From Eubacteriales bacterium (GTDB lineage: Bacteria > Bacillota > Clostridia > Oscillospirales > CAG-272), in assembly GCA_045535375.1 (NCBI GenBank), contig JAZSLM010000039.1:9701-73700 (forward strand): a stretch of 64,000 nt of DNA, given 5' to 3'. The notes under the pieces were generated by a model, which saw nothing but the letters and a program-made list of their open reading frames with translations, did not search any database and was not told the origin of the DNA. The position numbers and the translations under genes are program-made. How positions within the stretch are numbered: the stretch's first letter is position 1; every line of letters starts with the position of its first letter. Positions 33,956 through 42,773 of this stretch are shown in pieces.

Positions 33956-34929
33956 ACCGAGCGATAGTGATAAAGGACAGACGCCTTATCGAAGCGCTTG
34001 ACTATATTGACGATGAATATATCGCAAGCGCCGCTCTTTACAAAATGCGTGCGGAAGCAGAGCGCGCACGCCCCCTCGCGCAGACGGCGGGGGAATCCCT
34101 CAAAAAGCACTGGAAGCACTACCTCGGCCTCGTAGCCTGCCTCCTCGTGCTTGCGCTTGTGACACCGCTGTTTGGCTATTTGCCCGAGATCATTAATTCT
34201 ATTGCCGCAAGTTGGTGGGAAGGAGGCGAAACTACCGATTTATCCGATATTACAACAGAACTTGACTCGATCGAAACAATTTACAACATTCAAACAACCC
34301 AAAGCTATGATTATACCTATATTCCCGAACCAGAAGAACTCCACGAAACCGTGATAACTCCGAACTATTTGAAATTTGTTTCCGATCTCGAACCAATCTC
34401 CGAAGATAAAATGCTTGAGATCAGAAAGTCTTGGTATGAAACGCAGTGGAATCATTGGTTTGATGTATATTATTCGAGCTATAGTAACAATGGACAATAT
34501 ACTGAAAACGAAGCCAAAACAAAAGCAGAAGATAAAGCTGATGCTTTTACTAAGAATGCCGAATATGATTGGTTTACTGTAAGCATATATAATGACTGCG
34601 ATGAAAATCTTTATGAATTCAGATATTACGGAATTGTCAATGATTATGTGATTCTTGTTAAGTATGAAAAAAGGTTTTATGGGAATAATTATGCAGAAAA
34701 TAAAAAAATAGGTAATCACAGCTTTTATTTCAAATTCGGTGGAGAAATATATATGTATAAAGATGGAATTTTTAATACGATTGAGGAAATATATGAGCAA
34801 GGTCTTATAGATGAAGACAATATTGCTATAATTCACAAACGACATAATTCTAATTATGAGTCTTATTACGAAAATTGGAGAAAAGAAACCTATTATCAAT
34901 ATTTTGCTGAAAAAGGAGAGCAGAAATAA
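33952..34929 (+). CDS. single-pass membrane protein, candidate anti-sigma factor
   Basis: ATG overlaps the sigma gene stop (ATGA). Short cytoplasmic N-terminus, TM LGLVACLLVLALVTPLFGYL, then a Tyr/Asn/Glu-rich extracytoplasmic domain. Confidence 0.55.
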   Translation: MNRAIVIKDRRLIEALDYIDDEYIASAALYKMRAEAERARPLAQTAGESLKKHWKHYLGLVACLLVLALVTPLFGYLPEIINSIAASWWEGGETTDLSDITTELDSIETIYNIQTTQSYDYTYIPEPEELHETVITPNYLKFVSDLEPISEDKMLEIRKSWYETQWNHWFDVYYSSYSNNGQYTENEAKTKAEDKADAFTKNAEYDWFTVSIYNDCDENLYEFRYYGIVNDYVILVKYEKRFYGNNYAENKKIGNHSFYFKFGGEIYMYKDGIFNTIEEIYEQGLIDEDNIAIIHKRHNSNYESYYENWRKETYYQYFAEKGEQK

Positions 34930-34970
34930 AAGGAAGCTGATCTTGTAACCGAATAACCTTTTTCAAAACC

Positions 34971-35003
34971 CTGCCCCTCGGCGCACTCGCCGAGGGGCAG
35001 TTT
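34971..35003 (+). terminator. intrinsic terminator
   Basis: ctgcccctcggcg cact cgccgaggggcag followed by TTT. Confidence 0.7.
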
Positions 35004-35052
35004 GATAGAATGAGTAAAGTTCGGGAAGCTATGTTAGCACTCTCAAAATCAG

Positions 35053-35332
35053 CCTTCCCCGGTGGGGGAAGGTGGCGCGAAGCGACGAATGAGGCGCCTG
35101 ATAAGATAATGTTTTTCGCGTAGCGAAAATCTTCCAAAACATAGCCAACTAAATATAATGTTCAAATTCGGATTGCAAAAAATACAATGCAAAGGATATT
35201 TGCAAAATACAATTCAGATAGTCCTTTTTATTCAGGCAATCGGGAAGATTTTCTCGCTTTGCTCGAAAAACTGTATCTTATAAACACGCCTCATCCCCCA
35301 CATACGTGGGTCCCCTTCCCCCGCCGGGGAAG
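35053..35332. repeat. two inverted ~85-bp copies of a hairpin-containing repeat, separated by ~105 bp
   Basis: The reverse complement of the left arm (35053-35135), ggaagattttcgctacgcgaaaaacattatcttatcaggcgcctcatt...ccttcccccaccggggaagg, aligns with the right arm (35243-35332), ggaagattttctcgctttgctcgaaaaactgtatcttataaacacgcctcatcc...ccttcccccgccggggaagg. Confidence 0.8.
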
Positions 35333-35374
35333 GCTGATAAGTGAGTGCGAACATAACTTCCTTGATATAATTAT

Positions 35375-35409
35375 AAAAAACAGGACTGAATCAAAACGAC
35401 TCAGTCCTG
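35375..35409 (-). terminator. intrinsic terminator of the SpoIID/LytB-domain gene
   Basis: caggactga / tcagtcctg stem, followed on the minus strand by TTTTTT. Confidence 0.7.
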
Positions 35410-35414
35410 TGATT

Positions 35415-37421
35415 TTATTTGAAATAATCCTTAATATTAACGATCTCAGTGCCCGAGTAATAGGCGCGGACGATCTGGTCGTAGGTCGCGCCGGCTTTGG
35501 CAAGGTGGAGGACACCGTACTGGCTTGCTCCTACTCCGTGGCCGTAGCCCATTCCCGCGATTACGTAATTGTTCTTGTTCGACGCCTTGACCGTTTCGGT
35601 TATGTCGCGTACATCGGAAACTACAAGGAAGTCGCCGAAGTTGGATACGATCGTGTAATATCCTTCGGCATCGGGCATGGTCGAAACCGGGATCTCGCCC
35701 GCCTCGACGGGTGTAAGCGTCGCAACGCCCTCGCCCGTATGGATGAAGAGCGCTTTAGATGCATCGCTCAGCGCCTGGCCGAGGTCGGTGAAGAAGGAGA
35801 GAAGCGAGATATCTGTCTCCGCGATACCGCCCGCCGTGTAAACGTTGATCTGTCCGCTCACCGAGCTTGCAAGGTTGATGATGCGGTTTTCGAGAACGTC
35901 GGTGTAGGTGTATGTAAGCTCGCCCTTGGCTATCGTGAAATTCGCAGATTTGACTGTTGAGCCGAACAGAGACTTGACCTTCGCCGCACGGGTCGCGGTG
36001 GCGCTGTTGCCCTTTTCGTCGATTCCCGTGAAGCTGTAAAGATAGGGTGAATCGTCGCTGGTCTGATAGGTGAAATCAACTATTCTGTTGCCCGTGATAG
36101 CCGTATATCCCGCGTTTTTGAATGCGGTGGCGAGTTCCTTTTCGGTGATCTCCGCCGTCCACAGACCGTTTTTGACGTCGCTGTAATCCTCCCAGGGTGT
36201 TGGCTGATTAATAAGGTAGGGAAGCGTGCCGCCCCAGACATACTGCGAGCCGACCGTGTATCCGCCCTGCGAGGAGGAATATGCCGATTCGACTATCGTC
36301 TTTCCCGAAACGAGGATCTCGCCCGCGGTCGATCTGACGGCTTCAACGACGGTGTCGTTGACCTGTTTTCTGCCCTGATATACCTGACAGCAGGAGGATG
36401 AGCAGATGTCAAAGCCATAGGCGTTGTAGTGGCGGTTGATGTTCGCGATCGCGAAGGAGCGCACCATTATCGCAAACGCGCGCAGACACTCGATCGGCCA
36501 GGTGTTTGAGATCTCGTTGGGCACAACGCCCTCAACGTATTCCTGCATTCTGACGAGATTGATCATCGAAAGTCCTTCCTCTCCCGTATCCGAAAGATAG
36601 CGCTTGAAGCAGAAGGAGCCGTCGTAAAGGCAGGAGTTTCTGGTATAAAGCAGATAGGAATATTCCGCGTCTATGATCTGACGCGCGTTTACACCCGCAC
36701 AGAAGCCTTCTTCCCCCGAATATTCAAAGAGTATGGTATCGAAATCACCGTTCAGGAAGCATACGCCCTCCGAGGAGGGGGATGCGACGGATATCGCAAA
36801 GCCATCAAGTATCGCGCCGATCTCAGCTGCCGCCGCGGAAGCCGAGGAATAATTCGGGAAGGAGCCGATGCGGACGGTCTTCTGACCGTTGATATAGGCG
36901 GGGAAAACGTGGTCGTACAGAGGTGTGTATATCATCTGCAGATCCGCGAGGTTGTTCCACACGTTTGCGGAGCCGAGCGTGATCTCAACGTGATATCCGC
37001 CGATATCGGTCTCGCTCTCGCTTTTGGCGATCTCGCAGGACTGATATCCGATGGTCAGGTTGGTGTCAACAACTGCGGCAATATCGGTTTCTTCAATTGT
37101 ATAAAGGGGATCAAAGCCGTGATTCGTGCGCGAGATCTCCGCCTCGCCGAATACGAATCCGTAGGGCGAGGTCATCGTGTGCAGGGGATACGCGCTCGAG
37201 CCGTATCTGACGCCGACAGCAATGCGGTAATCCTCCGAGGTCTTGACTGTATCAAAGGCATAGTAGCCGAGCGGAAGTGCCTTGACCTTGGTGAAAAAAT
37301 GCATTGGTGAAAAGATGAAAAGGGCGGCGATTATGGCGGCGACGGCACGAATGAATCCCCGGAAAATTTTAAGGTTCGACAATCGTGTAGTCACCTCCGA
37401 GTAGGAAGTATGCGCCGTCAA
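35415..37421 (-). CDS. SpoIID/LytB-domain protein (peptidoglycan-remodelling lytic transglycosylase family), large form
   Basis: EYVEGVVPNEISNTWPIECLRAFAIMVRSFA...FDICSSSCCQVYQG is the SpoIID/LytB core. N-terminal membrane anchor. 668 aa. Confidence 0.8.
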   Translation of the reverse strand: MTAHTSYSEVTTRLSNLKIFRGFIRAVAAIIAALFIFSPMHFFTKVKALPLGYYAFDTVKTSEDYRIAVGVRYGSSAYPLHTMTSPYGFVFGEAEISRTNHGFDPLYTIEETDIAAVVDTNLTIGYQSCEIAKSESETDIGGYHVEITLGSANVWNNLADLQMIYTPLYDHVFPAYINGQKTVRIGSFPNYSSASAAAAEIGAILDGFAISVASPSSEGVCFLNGDFDTILFEYSGEEGFCAGVNARQIIDAEYSYLLYTRNSCLYDGSFCFKRYLSDTGEEGLSMINLVRMQEYVEGVVPNEISNTWPIECLRAFAIMVRSFAIANINRHYNAYGFDICSSSCCQVYQGRKQVNDTVVEAVRSTAGEILVSGKTIVESAYSSSQGGYTVGSQYVWGGTLPYLINQPTPWEDYSDVKNGLWTAEITEKELATAFKNAGYTAITGNRIVDFTYQTSDDSPYLYSFTGIDEKGNSATATRAAKVKSLFGSTVKSANFTIAKGELTYTYTDVLENRIINLASSVSGQINVYTAGGIAETDISLLSFFTDLGQALSDASKALFIHTGEGVATLTPVEAGEIPVSTMPDAEGYYTIVSNFGDFLVVSDVRDITETVKASNKNNYVIAGMGYGHGVGASQYGVLHLAKAGATYDQIVRAYYSGTEIVNIKDYFK

Positions 37422-38337
37422 GCGAGGTTACGGTCACTCCTCTGCCGTCGTCCCCGCCGCGCGGGATCATGACGTTGTGGTAGAGGGGGATCGGTTCACC
37501 GTCGCAGATATCGGTGCCGTTTGTAAGGTCGTTGAGTCCCTGGATGGTGCCGATCTGCGTGTAGGGCGAAACGGCAACCGCGGAGCCGGTGCGGAGAATG
37601 ATCATAACGGTGTCATCCGCATCCTTCGCGAAGATGGTTGCGCCGTAAGGTACGAACACGGTTTCGTAGACCTTACCCAGCTCGGCGAGGACGTTTGTAA
37701 GATCATTCTGGAGCTCTGCAACCTGGTCCTTCAGAACCGTGATATCACCGCCTGCGGCAGTCAGGTTGCTGACCTTCTTGGAGAGGGTATCAAGCTTTGT
37801 CGAAATATCCGAGATCTGCTTGAAGTTTTTGTTGAGCGTAGAAAGGTCGTTTTTCGCCTGCTTTACGTCGCTCTTAAGATTGGTGATCGAGGTTGAAAGA
37901 TCGGAAATCTGCTTTTCAAGCGAATTGAATTCCGCGGTCAGCTCGTCGATCAGCGAGCGGAGCTCGTTTTTGGTGTTCGTGAGATCATTTCTGAGCGAGG
38001 CGTTTTCGTTCTGAAGATCGGCGACCTGTTCTTTGAGATCTTCTACACTGTCAAGAAGATCCTTGAGCATACCGCTGCTCGGAGCGCCGCCCGAAGAGGT
38101 GCCTTGCGAGGGACCCATCATCTGGAGTATGGCGACCTGCAATTGGAGATCCGAAATAGCGGCTCTGATTTCTGCCAGAAGGTCATTGACGTATTTCACC
38201 ATTCCCGAGTAGGAAACGATGGGGTCGTTTGCGCTGTTGTAGCTGACGGCGGCATAGACCGTAAAGGATGAAGCCAGAGCGATCACAAGCGCAAGAATGA
38301 GGATAGTTCCTCGTGTGATTTTGTTTTTGAATTTCAT
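37369..38337 (-). CDS. membrane-anchored coiled-coil protein with C-terminal beta-rich domain, function unknown
   Basis: GAGG SD. TM ILILALVIALASSF. About 170 aa of heptad-like L/D/N/S-rich sequence (DLQNENASLRNDLTNTKNELRSLIDELT...). Confidence 0.6.
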   Translation of the reverse strand: MKFKNKITRGTILILALVIALASSFTVYAAVSYNSANDPIVSYSGMVKYVNDLLAEIRAAISDLQLQVAILQMMGPSQGTSSGGAPSSGMLKDLLDSVEDLKEQVADLQNENASLRNDLTNTKNELRSLIDELTAEFNSLEKQISDLSTSITNLKSDVKQAKNDLSTLNKNFKQISDISTKLDTLSKKVSNLTAAGGDITVLKDQVAELQNDLTNVLAELGKVYETVFVPYGATIFAKDADDTVMIILRTGSAVAVSPYTQIGTIQGLNDLTNGTDICDGEPIPLYHNVMIPRGGDDGRGVTVTSLDGAYFLLGGDYTIVEP

Positions 38338-38357
38338 ATTAAACCTCAAAAGGGGTG

Positions 38358-40595
38358 TCAGATATCGAGTTTCAGCTGCATCTTATCGATGTCCTTTTCG
38401 ACAAGAAGAACCGGGGTTGCGGGGATCTTTGTCTTTTTGTAACCCTTGGTGGATTCAAATTTATCCGAGAAGTCCTTTTGTACGGTTGCGACGTGCGCTC
38501 CCTTTTTGAGAAGCAGAAGCTGTGAGCCGGCTGCGGTTCTCGTTGTCTTGAGGGGGATGAGGTTGGTCGAAAGCACGATCGCGCGGTCGGCGGAGGAGAT
38601 GATGAGAAGCTCGAAGGGGTTTTTGTACTCCTCAAAAATTCCGACGATGGGAGAAGCAGATGAATAAGCTCCCGTCATCTTGCGGCGAGTGCCCTTGACG
38701 GCGTATGCCGAGAGGGGGACCTTGACGCCCTTACCGTTTTCGAAGACGAAGACCATATTGCGCTTGTCGTCCCAATCTTTGTCAAGACGGATGTAAAGCG
38801 GCTTTTCGCCGTCGTCGAATTTCAGCTTCGCGGGAAGGAATTCGCCCATTTCGCTCGCCTTGCAGGGGGCGATGTCGGAAGCCTTGAAGCGGTAGAGCTG
38901 TGCCTTGTCGGTAAACACCGCAAGCTCGGTGACGTTTTCACCGTCGAATTCGGCGATAAGACGGTCGCCCTCCTTGAATCTCTGTTCGTCGTTGCCGCGA
39001 AGGGATTTGTCTGTGATCTTCTTGAAGTAGCCGTCCGCGGTGAGGAAGAAGTGCGCGGGGTAGTTCTCCACGTGATCCTCGGGGCGGTAGATCTCAATGT
39101 TTTCTGCGCTCGTGATGGTCGAGCGGCGGGGCTGTGCGTATTTTTTCTTGATCTCGCCGAGCTGTTTTGCAATGAGGCGCTTGAGTTTGATCTCGTCGGC
39201 GAGGGTCGCCTCAAGATCCTCGATCTCCTTGCGGAGAGAATCGATCTCGTTGATGCGGTTGATGAGATATTCGCGGTTGAGGTAGCGGAGCTTGATCTCT
39301 GCAATGAATTCCGCCTGGCGCTCGTCGATCGAGAAGCCGGCGCAGAGGTTCTTGATGACCTCGGATTCCTTTTGCGTGTTGCGGATGATCTTTATTGCCT
39401 TGTCGATGTCGAGAAGGATCTTGCCGAGACCGAGAAGGAGATGGAGCTTGTCCTTCTTCTTTTCGAGCTCAAAGGTCAGCTCGCGCGAAAGGCAGGCTTT
39501 GCGGAAGGTGATCCACTCGCGCAGAAGCGGGAGAACGCCGAGGGTCATAGGTGTCGAATTGATGATGACGTTGAAGTTGCAGGAGAAGTTATCCTCGAGC
39601 GCGGTGGTCTTGAAGAGCTTGAGCATGATCGCGTCGGGGTCTGCGCCGCGGCGGAGGTCGAGGGTGAGCTTGAAGCCCGAGATATCGATCTCGTCGCGGA
39701 AGTCAACGACGTCGCGAAGCTGTCCCGCCTTCATCATATCCGCAATCTTCTTCATAATGATCTCGATCGAGGTCGAATAGGGAATTTCGAGGATATCGAT
39801 GCAGTTTGCTTCCTTGTCGAAGCGGTATTTTGCACGGATCTTGACGGGGCCTTCACCGCTTTCGTAGACTTTCTTCATGGTTTCGCGGTCGTAGATGATC
39901 TCGCCGCCGCCGGGGAAGTCGGGGGCGGGCATGATCTCGAGGAGCTCGTCAACCGTAAGTTTGGGTGAGCGGAGAAGAGCGATGGTCGCGTCGCAGACCT
40001 CTTCAAGGTTGAAGGAGCAGATCCTCGACGCCATACCGACCGCGATACCCATATTGGGCGTTACGAGGATGTTCGGGAAGGTGGTGGGGAGAAGCGAGGG
40101 CTCCTTTGTCGTGTTGTCGTAGTTGTCGACCATATCGACGGCGTTTTTGTCGATGCCGACGAATAGCTCGGATGCGAATTTCTCGAGACGAACCTCGGTG
40201 TAACGCGAAGCCGAGGGAGCCATGTTCGAGCTGTACTGCTTACCGAACGCGCCCTTCGAATCGATAAAGGGGTGCAGAAGCGCGGCGTTTCCACGTGTCA
40301 GACGGACGAGGGTGTCGTAGATCGCGGCATCGCCGTGGGGGTTGAGGCGCATCGTCTGACCGACAACGTTCGCGCTCTTGATCCTTCCGCCCGAAAGCAG
40401 ACCCATTTTATACATCGTGTAGAGCAGTTTTCTGTGCGAGGGCTTGAAGCCGTCGATCTCGGGGATCGCACGCGACACGATGACGCTCATTACGTAGGGC
40501 ATGTAGTTCTTTTCTATTGTTTCTGTTATAGGCTGATCCGTGGCGGGCGCGGGAGGAAGTACCTCCACCACTTCCGCTTTTTTCTTTCTTGCCAT
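38358..40595 (-). CDS. type IIA DNA topoisomerase subunit A (ParC/GyrA-like, short C-terminal domain)
   Basis: VSRAIPEIDGFKPSHRKLLY, HPHGD-type NPHGDAAIYD, catalytic Tyr region SASRYTEVRL. I saw no GyrA-box (QRRGGKG) in the ~250-aa CTD. Confidence 0.85.
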   Translation of the reverse strand: MARKKKAEVVEVLPPAPATDQPITETIEKNYMPYVMSVIVSRAIPEIDGFKPSHRKLLYTMYKMGLLSGGRIKSANVVGQTMRLNPHGDAAIYDTLVRLTRGNAALLHPFIDSKGAFGKQYSSNMAPSASRYTEVRLEKFASELFVGIDKNAVDMVDNYDNTTKEPSLLPTTFPNILVTPNMGIAVGMASRICSFNLEEVCDATIALLRSPKLTVDELLEIMPAPDFPGGGEIIYDRETMKKVYESGEGPVKIRAKYRFDKEANCIDILEIPYSTSIEIIMKKIADMMKAGQLRDVVDFRDEIDISGFKLTLDLRRGADPDAIMLKLFKTTALEDNFSCNFNVIINSTPMTLGVLPLLREWITFRKACLSRELTFELEKKKDKLHLLLGLGKILLDIDKAIKIIRNTQKESEVIKNLCAGFSIDERQAEFIAEIKLRYLNREYLINRINEIDSLRKEIEDLEATLADEIKLKRLIAKQLGEIKKKYAQPRRSTITSAENIEIYRPEDHVENYPAHFFLTADGYFKKITDKSLRGNDEQRFKEGDRLIAEFDGENVTELAVFTDKAQLYRFKASDIAPCKASEMGEFLPAKLKFDDGEKPLYIRLDKDWDDKRNMVFVFENGKGVKVPLSAYAVKGTRRKMTGAYSSASPIVGIFEEYKNPFELLIISSADRAIVLSTNLIPLKTTRTAAGSQLLLLKKGAHVATVQKDFSDKFESTKGYKKTKIPATPVLLVEKDIDKMQLKLDI

Positions 40596-40636
40596 GTGTT
40601 ACCTCAAATCTATGTTTATGGAATTGTTATCAAAAT

Positions 40637-41674
40637 TTAATCGGGATATACGACGGTGTGTGCCGCGGCACGGATAAGGCGGTTGTAGAGCGCAAGTCCG
40701 AAGCCGTCGGTGGAGGGGAGGTTTGCGAAAACGCATTTTCCCTCGAGAGAGTTGCATTCGCGGAGCGCCGCAAAAAGGCGGTGTCCCTGCGTTTCGAGGT
40801 CGTCCTTTTTGCCGATCGTGATGACCTGCTCTGCGGGAAGATGCTCTGCCTGCTCGTCGTAGCAAATAATTACCGCGCCTTCATTTTGTCTTTCGGCGAA
40901 GAAGCGCAGTCGTGCTTCATCCGAGCCGCCGACGAGAGTGAGTGGCTTATCGGGGGCGTAGTGGCGGTATTTTGAGCCGGGGCAGATGGGGCGTTCGTTT
41001 TCCTTTAACTGATTCATTACGTTGTCCGAAACCGTAACATCGGAGCAAACGCAGCAAAGCGCGTCGTAAGTCACCGCGCCGGGACGGAGAAGGATGAGAG
41101 AATCCTCGCCCGTGATCTTGACGATGGTGGATTCGACACCAAAGGTGCATTCACCGCCGTCGATGATGCAATCAACGCGTCCGTCAAGGTCTTCAATTAC
41201 GTGCTCGGCGCAGGTGGGGGAAGGCTTGCCCGAAATATTTGCCGAAGGTGCGGCAACGGGAAGTCCCGTGAGCTTCAGAAGCTCGAGCGCAACGGGATGG
41301 GCGGGACAGCGCACTGCGACGCTGTCAAGTCCGCCCGTGACCGTTTCGGGGATAGTGTCCTTTTTCGGAAGGATAACTGTCAAGGGACCCGGCATAAAAT
41401 GACGTGCAAGGCGGTACCAGAGCTTGCTTGTTACCGCGTAAGGCTCGACGTCGTCGGGGTCTGAAATATGAATGATGAGTGGGTTATCCGAGGGGCGCCC
41501 TTTTGCGGCGTATATCTTTTGCGCGCTTTCGCTGTGGGTTGCATCGCCGCCGAGACCGTAAACGGTTTCGGTGGGAAATACGACGGTGCCGCCTTTTTTC
41601 AGTATTTCGGCGGCAGGGGCGAGCGCTTCGGCACTCGGATTTTCGGGGTTTACCTTGATCAGTATCGTTTCCAT
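40637..41674 (-). CDS. tsaC: L-threonylcarbamoyladenylate synthase (Sua5/YwlC long form)
   Basis: VVFPTETVYGLGGDA, KGRPSDNPLIIHI, SANISG motifs plus a C-terminal Sua5 domain. Confidence 0.85.
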   Translation of the reverse strand: METILIKVNPENPSAEALAPAAEILKKGGTVVFPTETVYGLGGDATHSESAQKIYAAKGRPSDNPLIIHISDPDDVEPYAVTSKLWYRLARHFMPGPLTVILPKKDTIPETVTGGLDSVAVRCPAHPVALELLKLTGLPVAAPSANISGKPSPTCAEHVIEDLDGRVDCIIDGGECTFGVESTIVKITGEDSLILLRPGAVTYDALCCVCSDVTVSDNVMNQLKENERPICPGSKYRHYAPDKPLTLVGGSDEARLRFFAERQNEGAVIICYDEQAEHLPAEQVITIGKKDDLETQGHRLFAALRECNSLEGKCVFANLPSTDGFGLALYNRLIRAAAHTVVYPD

Positions 41675-41699
41675 AAATATCTTCCGTAAATCTTAAATG

Positions 41700-42770
41700 T
41701 TATTGATTTTCGCCGCGGAGTCTTTCCGCGGTGTCGGCGGCGATCAGCGCATCGATCATCTCGCCGATATTTCCGTTGACGTAGGTGTCAAGGCTGTGGA
41801 GTGTAAGACCGATGCGGTGATCGGTGACGCGGTTCTGGGGGTAATTGTAGGTTCGTATCTTTTCGCTTCGGTCGCCGCTTCCGACCATCGAACGGCGCGC
41901 ACCCGCGATGGCGTTTTCCTGCTCGGTACGCTTGATGTCGTAAAGCTTTGCGCGAAGCATAGCGAGAGCTTTGTCCTTGTTCTGGAACTGTGAGCGTTCC
42001 TGCTGGCATTCGATAACGATGCCGGTGGGCTTGTGTGTCAGACGGACGGCAGATTCGGTCTTATTGATATGCTGACCGCCCGCACCGCTCGATTTGCAGG
42101 ATTCAAAGATGAGGTCTGCGGGGAGGATCTCGATCTCGACAGCATCGGCTTCGGGAAGAACGGCAACGGTTGCCGCCGAGGTGTGGATGCGTCCCTGCGA
42201 TTCTGTTTCGGGCACGCGCTGAACGCGGTGGACTCCCGATTCGAATTTGAAGCGCGAGTATGCGCCGTCGCCCTCGATCGAGAAGGTGATCTCCTTGAAG
42301 CCGCCGCGATCTGTTTCGTTTGCGTTTGCAACCGAGATCTTGAATCCGCAGGAGTCGCAGTACATTGAGTACATTCTGAAAAGCACTGCGGCAAAGAGAC
42401 CCGCCTCGTCGCCTCCCGTGCCCGCGCGGATCTCAACGATGACGTTCTTGTCGTCGTTCGGGTCGCGGGGGAGAAGAAGGATCTTTAACTTTCCGATCGA
42501 ATCCTCAATGGTTGCTTTTGCCTCAACGAATTCTTCTTGCGCAAGCTCGTGGAGCTCGGAGGCGGAGCTGTCGTCAAGTATTGCTCTTGCCTCGCTTTCG
42601 GAGGCTGCCGCCGCAAGATAGCGGCGGTATTCCTCGATGATGGGGGTGAGATTTTTATACTCTTTGAGTAATTTGGTATAGGTTTCGATATCCGAGATCA
42701 CCGCGGGATCTTCGAGGGAGGCGGAAATATCGGAGTATTTTTCGTTAAGTTTGGCGAGTCGCTCGAGCAT
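41700..42770 (-). CDS. prfA: peptide chain release factor 1
   Basis: GGQ motif SGAGGQHINKTESAVRLTH. RF1-type tripeptide region VQRVPETESQGRIHTS. Confidence 0.9.
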   Translation of the reverse strand: MLERLAKLNEKYSDISASLEDPAVISDIETYTKLLKEYKNLTPIIEEYRRYLAAAASESEARAILDDSSASELHELAQEEFVEAKATIEDSIGKLKILLLPRDPNDDKNVIVEIRAGTGGDEAGLFAAVLFRMYSMYCDSCGFKISVANANETDRGGFKEITFSIEGDGAYSRFKFESGVHRVQRVPETESQGRIHTSAATVAVLPEADAVEIEILPADLIFESCKSSGAGGQHINKTESAVRLTHKPTGIVIECQQERSQFQNKDKALAMLRAKLYDIKRTEQENAIAGARRSMVGSGDRSEKIRTYNYPQNRVTDHRIGLTLHSLDTYVNGNIGEMIDALIAADTAERLRGENQ

Positions 42771-42773
42771 ATC

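Noticed and set aside
35187-35960. 257-aa + strand ORF starting in the centre of the inverted-repeat locus.
   Set aside because: Most of it is antisense to the well-supported SpoIID/LytB-domain gene. There is no SD and the N-terminal part is read through repeat and hairpin DNA.
41700-42770. RF1 tripeptide reads P-E-T rather than the textbook P-A-T/P-V-T; prmC is not adjacent.
   Set aside because: The middle residue of PxT is variable among bacteria as far as I recall, and the rest of the motif region (VQRVPxTESQGRIHTS) and the GGQ motif are canonical. Gene order alone is not informative.
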